This document shows, piece by piece, positions 34,083-47,407 of a DNA stretch of 64,000 nt. Numbering within the stretch: position 1 is the first letter of the stretch; each line of letters begins with the position of its first letter. The notes under the pieces were generated by a model that saw only the letters and a program-made list of their open reading frames with translations, did no database searches and was not told where the DNA came from. The DNA comes from Piscinibacter sp. (GTDB taxonomy: Bacteria > Pseudomonadota > Gammaproteobacteria > Burkholderiales > Burkholderiaceae_C): NCBI RefSeq assembly GCF_036377015.1, contig NZ_DASUZE010000116.1; one strand, 5' to 3'. Position numbers and translations under genes: made by a program.

Positions 34083-35903
34083 TCACTCGCCCATCACGAT
34101 GCCTTCGCGGCGGGGATCGGCCCCGCCGAACCACGTCGGACGTCCCTCCTTCACCACCCGCTGGATGCCCTGCAGCCCGCTGGTCTGGACCATGAGCTTC
34201 ACGTCATGGCCACGCGCCTTCAACGCATCGACCAGCGCCGGCGTGGCTCGCCCCTCCTCCAGCTCGGTCGGTCCGTTGCGCGACCCGAAGTTCGGCAGCG
34301 AGATCGCCTGCTGCACGTCCAGGCCCCAGTCCAGCGTCGCGAACAGCACCTTGGCGGTGTAGTTGATGATGGCCGAGCCGCCCGGCGAGCCCACGCTCAT
34401 CACCAGCGCCCCGCTGCTGCGATCGAAGACCAGGATGGGCGACATCGACGAGCGCGGCCGCTTGCCGCCCTGCACGCGGTTGGCCACCGGCGCGCCGTTC
34501 TCGCTGGGCACGAAGGAGAAGTCGGTGAGCTCGTTGTTGAGCATGAATCCGCGCACCATGATCTGCGAGCCGAACACGTTCTCGATGGTGGTCGTCATGG
34601 CGATGGCGTTGCCGAAGCCGTCGACCACCGAGACGTGCGAGGTCGACATCAGCTCGGGGCTGCGGTCGTCGGCCCGGCTCAGCGCCGGCGCGCTCGGCAC
34701 GCCGGGCTGCGCCTTGCCCATGCTGCGCTCGGCAATGAGCGCGCCGCGCTGCTGCAGGTAGGGTGCGTTCAGCAAGGCGGCAGCGCTGCCGCCCGGCAGC
34801 GGCGCGAAGTCGGGGTCGGCCACGTAGCGGGCGCGATCGGCATAGGCCAGCCGGCCCGCCTCGCTGATCAGGTGGACCGCGTCGGCGCTGGGTTCCAGGC
34901 CGAACGGCGCCGGCACCGGGCGCAGCGCCTCGATGCCGCGCGGGGCCAGCATGCCCAGCATCTGCCCCAGGGCCAGCGGGCCCGACGACGGCGGCGGCAT
35001 GCCGCACAGCCGCCACGCCTTGTACTCGAAGCACAGCGGCTCGCGCGCCTTGGCCTGGTAGCCCGCCAGGTCGGCCTCGGTCATCAGGCCGGGATTGGTG
35101 GGGTGCTGACGCACCTTGGCGACGATGTCGCGCGCGATCGGTCCTTCGTGCAGCGCCACCGGGCCGCGCTCGGCGATGTCGCGCAGCACGGCCGCGTACT
35201 CGGGGTTGCGCAGGATCGTGCCGATCGGCTTGGGACTGCCGTCGGGCTGCAGGAAATAGGCCGCGGCGGCCGGGTCGTTGCGCAAGGTCTTCGAGGCGTC
35301 GTCCATCAGGTTGGCGTGCAGCCGCGGGCTGAGCGCGAAGCCCTGCTCGGCCAGCAGGATGGCCGGCTGGAACAGCGCCTTCCAGGGCAGCTTGCCGTGC
35401 TCGCGGTGCGCCAGCTCGAGCGCGCGCAGCGCACCGGGCACCCCCACCGAGCGCCCGCCGACCACGCCTTCGAGGAAGGCCATGGGCTTGCCGTCCTTCA
35501 TGAACAGCTCGGGCGTGGCCGCGGCCGGCGCGGTCTCGCGCCCGTCGTAGGCCTGGGTGCGGCGGCCGTCGTGGTGCACGAGGAACAGGCCCCCGCCGAT
35601 GCCCGAGGACTGCGGTTCCACCAGGCCCAGCACCGCCTGCACGGCGATGGCCGCATCGACGGCGCTGCCGCCTGCCTTGAGCACCTGGTGGCCGGCATCG
35701 GTGGCCAGCGGATTGGCCGCGGCGACCATGAACTTCTGCGCCGACCAGCCCGGCTTCTCGGTGTAGCCGCTGGCCGCCTCGGGCGCGCGCTGCGCGACCT
35801 CGGGGATGCGGTAGGCCAGCCCCGGGGCGGGCCGGCCCGCGCATGCGGCCAGCGCCAGCGAGGCCGCGAGCAGCGCCAGCTGGCGCAGCATTCGAGATGT
35901 CAT
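34083..35903 (-). CDS. ggt: Gamma-glutamyltransferase (lipoprotein-like leader)
   Basis: EPQSSGIGGG, YDGRETAP, STSHVSVVD autoproteolysis Thr, FMLNNELTDF, RPRSSMSP, GADPRREG. Confidence 0.95.
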   Translation of the reverse strand: MTSRMLRQLALLAASLALAACAGRPAPGLAYRIPEVAQRAPEAASGYTEKPGWSAQKFMVAAANPLATDAGHQVLKAGGSAVDAAIAVQAVLGLVEPQSSGIGGGLFLVHHDGRRTQAYDGRETAPAAATPELFMKDGKPMAFLEGVVGGRSVGVPGALRALELAHREHGKLPWKALFQPAILLAEQGFALSPRLHANLMDDASKTLRNDPAAAAYFLQPDGSPKPIGTILRNPEYAAVLRDIAERGPVALHEGPIARDIVAKVRQHPTNPGLMTEADLAGYQAKAREPLCFEYKAWRLCGMPPPSSGPLALGQMLGMLAPRGIEALRPVPAPFGLEPSADAVHLISEAGRLAYADRARYVADPDFAPLPGGSAAALLNAPYLQQRGALIAERSMGKAQPGVPSAPALSRADDRSPELMSTSHVSVVDGFGNAIAMTTTIENVFGSQIMVRGFMLNNELTDFSFVPSENGAPVANRVQGGKRPRSSMSPILVFDRSSGALVMSVGSPGGSAIINYTAKVLFATLDWGLDVQQAISLPNFGSRNGPTELEEGRATPALVDALKARGHDVKLMVQTSGLQGIQRVVKEGRPTWFGGADPRREGIVMGE

Positions 35904-37183
35904 GAGCTTTCCTTCTGCGGCGCCATGACCGTGTGCACCACCCGTTGCGGGAACGGGATCTGCACCCCCTGCGCATTCAGCACATCGAGCACGGCGAGGT
36001 TGACTTCCGACTTCACGTTGCCTTGCCCGTTTTCCGGGTCTCGTATCCAGAAATTCAGGACCAGGTCCATGCCGTCGGCGGCGAAGGCGCCGAGCTGGGC
36101 GCTGGGCACGGGGTCGGCCAGCACGCGCGGCACCGCGCGCATCGCCGCTTCGAGCAGGGGCTGCAGCCGCCGCACGTCGGTGCCGTAGGCCACCTGCACC
36201 GTCGAGGCCACGACCACCCGCGGGTCGGCGAGCGAGGAGTTCTCGACCCGCTGCGTGATCAGGATCTCGTTGGGCACGATGGCCTCCTTGCCGCCCAGCG
36301 AGCGGATCACGGTGTAGCGGGTGCGGATGTCGGTGATGCGGCCCTCGAAGTTGTCGACCTTCACCATGTCGCCGATGCGCAGGCTGCGCTCGGCCAGGAC
36401 CACGAAGCCGCTGATGTAGTTGGCGGCGATCTTCTGCAGGCCGAAGCCCAGGCCCACCCCGACCGCGCCACCCAGCACGCTGAGCGCGGTGAGGTCGATG
36501 CCCGCGGCCGACAGCGCCAGCAGCAGGCCGACCAGCAGCAGCAGCGCGCGAACCGCGCTCGCGGCGATCTTGCGCAGCGACAGGTTGGTCGCGGTGGCGC
36601 CCTTGATCAGCTGCGCCTCGATGGCGGCCGAGGCCCATAGCGCGAGCACCAGCACCACGATGGCTGACAAGGTGCCCTCGACCACGTTGCGCATCGAGAT
36701 GTCGGTGCTGCCCAGCTTCCAGCGGATGGTCTCGAGCTCCTGCATCAGCATCGGAAGCAGGCCGGTGATCCACAGCACCACGCCGATCCAGGCCAGCCAC
36801 GACACCGTGCGCTCGATGGCGCGGATCGCGCTCGACGACGGGAAGGCGGCGCCCAGCACGCGCACGGTCAGGCGGATGACCACCAGCGACACCAGCACCG
36901 GCAGCGCCACCCGGAACACCGCCGGCGGCACGCCCAGGCTGGGCAGCAGGCCCCGCGCCGCGAACGCCAGCGCCAGCGCGAGCACGGGAAACAGCGCGCC
37001 GTCGACCACCCGCCGGCCGAACAGCACCGAGGCGGCACGGACCGTGGTGCCGCGAAGCATGCGCACGACCACCCAGGCGATCGCCAGGCAGCCGGCCACC
37101 AGGGCGAGCTCGGTCAGGGCACTGGGCTGCAGCAGCGAGCCGCCGAGCTCGCGCAGCTCGTCGGTGGTGATGGGTCTGGACAT
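35900..37183 (-). CDS. Small-conductance mechanosensitive channel (MscS family)
   Basis: GVGLGFGLQKIAANYISG, IGDMVKV, RYTVIR, IVPNE. Confidence 0.92.
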   Translation of the reverse strand: MSRPITTDELRELGGSLLQPSALTELALVAGCLAIAWVVVRMLRGTTVRAASVLFGRRVVDGALFPVLALALAFAARGLLPSLGVPPAVFRVALPVLVSLVVIRLTVRVLGAAFPSSSAIRAIERTVSWLAWIGVVLWITGLLPMLMQELETIRWKLGSTDISMRNVVEGTLSAIVVLVLALWASAAIEAQLIKGATATNLSLRKIAASAVRALLLLVGLLLALSAAGIDLTALSVLGGAVGVGLGFGLQKIAANYISGFVVLAERSLRIGDMVKVDNFEGRITDIRTRYTVIRSLGGKEAIVPNEILITQRVENSSLADPRVVVASTVQVAYGTDVRRLQPLLEAAMRAVPRVLADPVPSAQLGAFAADGMDLVLNFWIRDPENGQGNVKSEVNLAVLDVLNAQGVQIPFPQRVVHTVMAPQKESS

Positions 37184-37258
37184 GGTCGGCCGGTGGCGGT
37201 GGGGACAGCCTGCAACCATAGCAGGGCGCGTGGCAGTTCCTACAATGCGCCCTGCACC

Positions 37259-37957
37259 ATGTCACCGTTCGACGCGCACCTCACGCGGCACATCGGGTCC
37301 TCCTTTGCCCGGCAGCTCGCCTTCGCCGATTTCCTGGGCGACGGCCACTGGGGCGCCGACCTCGACGAGGGCGTCTTCACCTACACGCCCGACAAGCGCC
37401 TGCCCCTGCAGGTGCTGGGCAGCGAGTCGGAGGTGAGCGGCACCTGGCTGTGGGCCTGGGGCAACGAACAGGCCGGCTTGTCGCCTTCGGTGCTGCAGGC
37501 CGCCCACGCCGTGCGCGAGTTCGGGGAGGCGAACGACATCGCCCCGCTCACCACCCGCTCGTTCGCGCTCGACGACATCTCCGGCCATGCCATCGCGATG
37601 CTGTGCGCCGGGCTGGCCGGCGGCAAGTGCTACTACCGCGGGCCCTACGACGGCGGCGCGGCCTTCTTCCTCGTCGACGGCGTCCCGGCGCAGGTGCTCG
37701 CGTCGGTCGCGCCGGCACGGGCGGTCACGGTGATCCAGCAAGTCATCAGCCAGTTCGACGTCGACCACCGGGCGATGGTGCGCAGCTTCATGCAGCAGCA
37801 GGGTTATGCGATCGAGGAAGACGGATCCACGCTGCGCGCCGCGGCGGCGTCGGGGGGTGCGCTGCGCCTGTCGTTCGACACGCTGGGGCGGCTCGCGAGC
37901 ATCGAAGGCACGCTGACGCCAGCGCCGAAGAAGCGGGGGTGGCAGTTCTGGAAGTAG
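37259..37957 (+). CDS. DUF6882-like hypothetical protein
   Basis: WGADLDEG, QVLGS..SGTWLWAWGN, YYRGPY; basic/aromatic tail KKRGWQFWK. Confidence 0.65.
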   Translation: MSPFDAHLTRHIGSSFARQLAFADFLGDGHWGADLDEGVFTYTPDKRLPLQVLGSESEVSGTWLWAWGNEQAGLSPSVLQAAHAVREFGEANDIAPLTTRSFALDDISGHAIAMLCAGLAGGKCYYRGPYDGGAAFFLVDGVPAQVLASVAPARAVTVIQQVISQFDVDHRAMVRSFMQQQGYAIEEDGSTLRAAAASGGALRLSFDTLGRLASIEGTLTPAPKKRGWQFWK

Positions 37958-37989
37958 CCCGGGTGCAACCCGGGTTGCCCCCGGGCTAC
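37954..37989. repeat. Two overlapping inverted GTAG REPs between convergent genes
   Basis: GTAGCCCGGGTGCAACCCGGGTTGCCCCCGGGCTAC; shared central CCCGGG arm. Confidence 0.85.
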
Positions 37990-38921
37990 AAGTCGGCCAG
38001 CACGCGCAAGTGCGCAGCGACGCTGCGGCCCAGTGCCCCCAGCGCATAGCCGCCTTCCAGGCACGACACGATGCGCCCCTTGGCGTGGCGATCGGCCACG
38101 TCCTTGATGCGGCGCGTGATCCATTCGTAGTCCGCCTCGACCAGGCCGAGCTGCCCCAGCTCGTCCTCGCGGTGGGCGTCGAAGCCGGCCGACACGAAGA
38201 TCATCTCGGGACGGAATGCCTCGAGCCGCGGCATCCACATCGCCTCGATCATGTCGCGCACCTCGGGGCCGCGGGTGTAGGGCGGCACCGGCACGTTGAC
38301 CATGTTGGTGCCCTTGGGGATGGCGCCGCTGAACGGGTACAGCGGGTGCTGGAAGATGCTCACCATGAGCACGCGCTCGTCGCCGGCGATGATGTCTTCG
38401 GTGCCGTTGCCGTGGTGAACGTCGAAGTCGACGATGGCCACTCGCTGCAGGCCGTGCACGTCGAGTGCGTGGCGCGCGGCGATCGCCACGTTGTTGAAGA
38501 AGCAGAACCCCATGGCCTGGTCGCGGGTGGCGTGGTGGCCCGGCGGACGCACGGCGCAGAAGGCGCTGTCGATCTCGCCGGCGATCACCGCGTCTGTGGC
38601 CGCCACCGCGGCGCCGGCGGCGCGCAGCACCGCCTGCCAGGTGGCGGGACAGGCGGTCGTGTCGGGGTCGATGGCGCGCGGCTCGCCGCTGGCGGACACC
38701 GCCTCCAGGAAGTGCTTGAGCTCGGCGACATAGCCGCTTGCGTGAGCGAGCTCCACGTCGGACAGCGCGACCGGCGGCGCCTCGCGCATCTGCAGGGCGA
38801 TGTCCAGGCCGGTGGCGCGCAGGTGGTCGGTGATGGCGTCCAGCCGCTGCGGACACTCCGGATGGCCCCGTCCCATGTCGTGGCCGCGGCAGTCGGAGTG
38901 GCTGTAGAAGGCGGTGGACAT
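37986..38921 (-). CDS. Histone deacetylase family (zinc-dependent amidohydrolase)
   Basis: HPECPQRL, RPPGHHA, GFCFFNN, DFDVHHGNGT, SAGFDAH, LEGGY. Confidence 0.95.
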   Translation of the reverse strand: MSTAFYSHSDCRGHDMGRGHPECPQRLDAITDHLRATGLDIALQMREAPPVALSDVELAHASGYVAELKHFLEAVSASGEPRAIDPDTTACPATWQAVLRAAGAAVAATDAVIAGEIDSAFCAVRPPGHHATRDQAMGFCFFNNVAIAARHALDVHGLQRVAIVDFDVHHGNGTEDIIAGDERVLMVSIFQHPLYPFSGAIPKGTNMVNVPVPPYTRGPEVRDMIEAMWMPRLEAFRPEMIFVSAGFDAHREDELGQLGLVEADYEWITRRIKDVADRHAKGRIVSCLEGGYALGALGRSVAAHLRVLADL

Positions 38922-38961
38922 CTCGATTTCTGCCTCGGGTTTTTCGGTTAAGGTGAGCCGC

Positions 38962-39884
<923 letters not shown>

Positions 39885-39888
<4 letters not shown>

Positions 39889-40949
39889 GCACGCCCGCCG
39901 CCGCCGGGTCTTCGCGGGCCGAGCGCCGGGCCGCTCCCAAGCCGGCCCGCATCCCCTCCGGGGATCGGCCGACGTACCCGTCGGCCGAGGGGTCGTCATT
40001 CCTTGGTCGGCATGTGCGCGCTTGGTGGCAGGCGCGGCTGCGTCGCAGCGACACGCTGCTGCTCACCCAGCGCAACATCTACATCCTTCCCACGCGCGCC
40101 GGCGTGCTGTTCGCCGCCACCCTGCTCACGCTGCTGATCGCGTCGATCAACTACCAGCTCAACCTCGGCTACGTGCTCACCTTCCTGCTGGCGGGCAGCG
40201 GCGCCATCTCGATGCAGCTGACCCACAACACCCTGCGCGGCCTCACCTTGCACCTGAAGCCGCCCGGGCCGGTGTTCGCGGGCGACGCCGCCGTGGTCGA
40301 GGTCGTGCTGTCCAGCCCGGCGCGCTCGCGCTATGGCATCGGCTTGCGCATCGCGGACGGCGGCGCACTGAGCTGGGTCGACGTGCCCGGCGGCGGCCAG
40401 GCGAGCGCGCACGTGAGCTTCGTGCCGCCGCGCCGCGGTCGGCACGAGGTGCCCACGCTGCGTGCCGAGACGCGCTTTCCGCTCGGCCTGTTCCGCGCCT
40501 GGACGGTGTGGCGCCCGGCCGGCGAGGTGCTCGCCTATCCGCGCCCGGAGCGGCCGGCGGCGGCCTTGCCGGTGCCGCGTCCGGTGCCGGGCGGGCCGGT
40601 GCAGGCGCGCCATGCGCAAGGCAGCGAGATCGAGGGCATCCGCGCCTATCGCCGCGGCGATCCGATGCGCATGGTGTTCTGGAAGAAGGCCGCCAAGGCC
40701 ATGCAGACCGGCGGCGAGCTGGTGAGCCGCGACACCAGCGCCTCGGCCCACCATGAGCTGTGGCTGGATTGGCGCGGCTGCACCACCCTGCCGCCGGAGG
40801 AGCGCCTGTCGCGCCTGGCCGCCTGGGTGCTCGCCGCCGAGCGCGCCGGGGTGAGCTACGGCCTGCGCCTGCCCGGCGTGGATCTGCCGCGCGGCCATGG
40901 CAGCGGCCATCGGCGCGCCTGCCTGGAGGCGCTGGCGCTGTGGCACTGA
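39885..40949 (+). CDS. DUF58 domain protein
   Basis: RNIYILPT, INYQLNLGY, RAYRRGDP...WKK; moxR-DUF58-transglutaminase synteny. Confidence 0.9.
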
Positions 40950-42979
40950 CCCTGGCGCGCCGCTGGCGCCACCTGCCGCGCGACTCGCGCGACACGCTGT
41001 TCCTGCTCGGCGTGATCGCCTGGACGGTGCTGCCGCACGTCTCCCACCTGCCGCTGTGGTGCACCATGCTGACGGCGGTGATGCTGCTGTGGCGCATGCA
41101 GCTGGCGGTGGTGAACGGGCCGCTGCCGGGGCGGTGGTGGCTGATCGTGATCCTGCTGATGGCCGCCGGCCTCACGCTCTGGACCTACCGCACGCTGCTC
41201 GGCAAGGAGCCCGGCGTGACCATGGCTGTCGCGCTGATGGCGATGAAGACGCTGGAGCTGCGCGCGCGTCGCGACGCCTTCGTCGTGTTCTTCCTCGGCT
41301 TCTTCATCGTCCTCACCCACTTCCTGTATTCGCAGTCGCTGTTCGTTGCCGCGGCGATGCTGGTGTCGGTGTGGGGGCTGCTGACGGCGCTGGTGCTGGC
41401 GCACATGCCGGTGGGGCAGCCCGGACTGCGCCAGGCGGGCGCACTGGCCATGCGGACGGCGCTGCTGGGCGCGCCCATCATGGTGCTGCTGTTCGCGCTG
41501 TTCCCACGCGTCGGGCCGCTGTGGGGCATGCCTCGCGACAGCGGTCCGACCACCGGCCTGTCCAACCTCATGCGCATGGGCTCGATCACCGAGGTGGCGC
41601 AGGACGACGCGGTCGCGCTGCGAGTCCGGTTTCGCGACCGCGTGCCGGCGCCGCAGGCCCAGTACTTCCGTGGACCGGTGCTGAGCATCTTCGACGGACG
41701 CGAATGGCGGCAGTCCCGCCCCTGGTCGCCGCGGGGCGGGCAGGCCGCGGACCTGCGGGTGCAGGGGCGGCCGCTGCACTACGAGATGACGCTGGAGCCG
41801 CAGCGCCTGTCCATGCTGCCCTTGCTCGAAACCAGCGTCGTCGCGCCCTTGGCCGACGACTACCGCGTGCTGATGCGCGCCGACCTGCAATGGGTCACCG
41901 ACCGGGCGGTGCTCGAGCGGCTTCGCTTCGAGGCCGAGGCGTTCACCGACTTCCGGCATGGCATCGCCGAGCCCGAGTCGGTCCTGCGCGAGGCGCTTGC
42001 GCTGCCGCCCGGCTTCAACCCCGGCACCGTCGCCTGGGCAACGGCTCTGCGCCAGCGCCAACCGAGCGCCGACGCGCAGGCATTGGCCCAGGCCGTGATG
42101 GCGCACATCCGCACCGGTGGCTACACCTACACGCTGGCGCCCGGCCCCTACGGCGAGACGGATCCCGGCACGACCGTCGACGAGTTCTGGCTCGACCGCA
42201 AGCTCGGCTTCTGCGAGCACTTCGCGGCCGCTTTCGTCGTCGTGATGCGCTCCATGGGCGTGCCGGCGCGCGTCGTGACCGGCTACCAGGGCACCGACCC
42301 GCAGCCGGTGGACGGCTACTACATCGTGCGCCAGAGCCATGCCCACGCCTGGGCGGAGTTCTGGCAGGCCGGCATCGGCTGGACGCGCGCCGACCCCACT
42401 GCCGCGGTCGCGCCCGACCGCATCCTGCGCAGCCGCCACCTTGCCCCGCCGCCGGGCCTGATGGCGACGGCCATCGGCAACGTCAGCCCGGCGCTGCTGG
42501 CGCAATGGCGCGGGATGTGGGAAGCGCTCAACAACCGCTGGAACCAGTGGGTGCTCAACTACTCGCGCGGCCAGCAGCTCGACCTGCTGAAGAACATCGG
42601 CTTCAGCGCCCCGAGCTGGGAGGACCTGTCGCTGCTGCTGATCGGCGCGCTCAGCTCGATGGCGCTGGCCGGCGCGGGCTGGGCCTGGTGGGACCGCCGG
42701 CGGGTCGACCCGTGGGTCCGTCAGATGGAGCACATCCGCCGTGCGCTGGTCTCGGTCGGTGTCGACGCCCGGGCACACGAGCCGCCGCGCCTGCTCGCCC
42801 AGCGGGTCGCCCAGCAATTGGGCGCCGCCGGCGCGGCGCTGGCCGGCATGCTGCAGGTGCTGGACCTGCAGCGCTACGGCCGCACCGCGGCACCCCGGCC
42901 CGACACCGCCCTCACCCGCCGCTTCGCCGCCGCCGCCCGGCAGTTGCGACGGAACCGATCCGGTCCGCCCGGTCTCTGA
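40940..42979 (+). CDS. TgpA-like membrane transglutaminase (DUF3488)
   Basis: N-terminal TM block; GFCEHFA, AHAWAE, ADPT catalytic triad. Confidence 0.9.
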   Translation: MALTLARRWRHLPRDSRDTLFLLGVIAWTVLPHVSHLPLWCTMLTAVMLLWRMQLAVVNGPLPGRWWLIVILLMAAGLTLWTYRTLLGKEPGVTMAVALMAMKTLELRARRDAFVVFFLGFFIVLTHFLYSQSLFVAAAMLVSVWGLLTALVLAHMPVGQPGLRQAGALAMRTALLGAPIMVLLFALFPRVGPLWGMPRDSGPTTGLSNLMRMGSITEVAQDDAVALRVRFRDRVPAPQAQYFRGPVLSIFDGREWRQSRPWSPRGGQAADLRVQGRPLHYEMTLEPQRLSMLPLLETSVVAPLADDYRVLMRADLQWVTDRAVLERLRFEAEAFTDFRHGIAEPESVLREALALPPGFNPGTVAWATALRQRQPSADAQALAQAVMAHIRTGGYTYTLAPGPYGETDPGTTVDEFWLDRKLGFCEHFAAAFVVVMRSMGVPARVVTGYQGTDPQPVDGYYIVRQSHAHAWAEFWQAGIGWTRADPTAAVAPDRILRSRHLAPPPGLMATAIGNVSPALLAQWRGMWEALNNRWNQWVLNYSRGQQLDLLKNIGFSAPSWEDLSLLLIGALSSMALAGAGWAWWDRRRVDPWVRQMEHIRRALVSVGVDARAHEPPRLLAQRVAQQLGAAGAALAGMLQVLDLQRYGRTAAPRPDTALTRRFAAAARQLRRNRSGPPGL

Positions 42980-42986
42980 GTCCCCC

Positions 42987-44066
42987 ATGCCCTTGCGCCG
43001 CGCCCGCATCACCCTGCCCGTCGTCGCCACCCTGGCCCTCGGCCTGTCGCTGGCGGCGGCGCCCGCACTCGCCAAGAAGAAGCGGCCGGTGGCCTCGCGC
43101 ACCGAGCGCGCCGACGCCGGCGTGCCCTATGGCCGGCGCGACGACGTGCTGCGCTTCGCCGAGGAGCTGGCCGAGCGGCAGGGACTGGATGCCGCCTGGG
43201 TGCAGGACGCGCTGGCGCAGTCGCGCCGGCTGCCGGTGGTCGAGCGGCTCATCATGCCGCCGCCGGCCGGCACGGCGAAGAGCTGGGCCGCCTACCGGGC
43301 GCGCTTCGTCGAGCCGGTCCGCCTGGGTGCGGGGCTGGCGTTCTGGAATGCCAACGAGGCCTGGCTGCGCCTGGCCGAGGAGCGTTACGGCGTGCCGCCG
43401 GAGATCGTTGTCGGCATCGTCGGCGTGGAAACGATCTACGGCCAGCAGATGGGCAGCTTCCGGGTGATCGACTCGCTGGCGACCCTCAGCTTCGACTTCC
43501 CGGTCGGCCGGCGCGACCGCAGCGCGTTCTTCCGCGCCGAGCTGGAGAGCTACCTCGCGCTGTGCCGGCAGCAGGGCGTGGAGCCGCTTGCATGGCGCGG
43601 CAGCTATGCCGGCGCGATCGGCATGCCGCAGTTCATGCCCTCGAGCATCCTGGCGCATGCGGTCGACTTCGACGGCGACGGCCACATCGACCTGCACGGC
43701 AACAGCGCCGACGTGATCGGCAGCGTGGCCAACTTCCTGGCCAAGGCGGGCTGGCAGCGCGGGCTGCCGACGCATTTCGAGGTGGCGGTGCCGGTGGAGA
43801 CGAGCGAGCGGGCGGCGCTGCTGGCACCGGACATCCTGCCCTTGTTCAGCCCGGAGGAATTCGTCGAGCACGGCGCCTTGCTGCCGGATGCGGCGATGGC
43901 GCTGGAGACCAGCAAGCTGGCGCTGATCGAGCTGCAGAACGGCGACGCGGCGCCGAGCTATGTGGCGGGGACGAGCAACTTCTATGCGATCACGCGCTAC
44001 AACTGGTCGAGCTACTACGCGATGGCGGTGATCTCGGTGGGCGAAGCCGTCAAGCGGCTTCGCTGA
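42987..44066 (+). CDS. mltB: Lytic murein transglycosylase B
   Basis: IVGVETIYG, GSYAGAIGMPQFMPSS, DFDGDG EF-hand, ITRYNWSSYYA. Confidence 0.92.
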   Translation: MPLRRARITLPVVATLALGLSLAAAPALAKKKRPVASRTERADAGVPYGRRDDVLRFAEELAERQGLDAAWVQDALAQSRRLPVVERLIMPPPAGTAKSWAAYRARFVEPVRLGAGLAFWNANEAWLRLAEERYGVPPEIVVGIVGVETIYGQQMGSFRVIDSLATLSFDFPVGRRDRSAFFRAELESYLALCRQQGVEPLAWRGSYAGAIGMPQFMPSSILAHAVDFDGDGHIDLHGNSADVIGSVANFLAKAGWQRGLPTHFEVAVPVETSERAALLAPDILPLFSPEEFVEHGALLPDAAMALETSKLALIELQNGDAAPSYVAGTSNFYAITRYNWSSYYAMAVISVGEAVKRLR

Positions 44067-44189
44067 TCAGGGCAGCGGCGCGAGCAGGAAGGCGGTGATC
44101 GTGACCGCCGCGGCCAGGACGATCCAGGCCAGCGCCGGCCACGGGTTGTCCAGTGCGTCGTTGTCGAAGAGCGGTTCTTGCGAGGTCAT
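44067..44189 (-). CDS. Putative 40-aa single-TM small protein (not in ORF track)
   Basis: Manual translation MTSQEPLFDNDALDNPWPALAWIVLAAAVTITAFLLAPLP; GGGAG RBS; candidate ECF promoter about 50 nt upstream. Confidence 0.6.
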   Translation of the reverse strand: MTSQEPLFDNDALDNPWPALAWIVLAAAVTITAFLLAPLP

Positions 44190-44238
44190 GGCGTACTCCC
44201 GATGCGCACCCATCGAAAATCAGGTGCTCAACCGGGAA

Positions 44239-44265
44239 TACGAAGGCCCGGGCCCGAAACGGACA
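44239..44265 (-). promoter_or_regulatory. Candidate ECF promoter TGTCCG-N17-CGTA
   Basis: Sense TGTCCG tttcgggcccgggcctt CGTA. Confidence 0.6.
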
Positions 44266-44290
44266 CCGCGCCGACGAAAAGTGCCGGGCC

Positions 44291-44479
44291 CTATTGCACC
44301 GGCCGGTCGTCCTTCCGGTGCTTGCGGCAGCGCCACCAGCAGATCAGGAGACCCGTTCCCAAGCCGGTGCCGAAGCCCAGAGCGAACAAGACCCCGCCTC
44401 CCGATGCTGTCTCGGCATGCGCGCTCATGGGAACTGCCAGCAATGCGGCATAGGCCGCGATCTTCTCTTTCGTCGTCAT
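44291..44479 (-). CDS. 62-aa protein: signal peptide, TM helix and basic tail
   Basis: AGGAGAG RBS, 12 nt after kinase stop; AHA-E cleavage site, hydrophobic GVLFALGFGTGLGTGLLICWW, RCRKHRK. Confidence 0.65.
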   Translation of the reverse strand: MTTKEKIAAYAALLAVPMSAHAETASGGGVLFALGFGTGLGTGLLICWWRCRKHRKDDRPVQ

Positions 44480-44491
44480 TGGCTCTCCTCG

Positions 44492-47278
<2,787 letters not shown>

Positions 47279-47371
47279 CGTGTTCCCGGGACTTGGTGCG
47301 GCAAGATCTTAGGGACGGGTCCGCAGGGGCGGAATCCCGACCTTGTAGGAGCGCGTCTCCACAAGTCGAAC

Positions 47372-47398
47372 TACGGAACGGGCCTGCGAAAGCGGACA
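47372..47398 (-). promoter_or_regulatory. Candidate ECF promoter TGTCCG-N17-CGTA upstream of kinase 1
   Basis: Sense TGTCCG ctttcgcaggcccgttc CGTA. Confidence 0.6.
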
Positions 47399-47407
47399 AT
47401 GCGCCCC

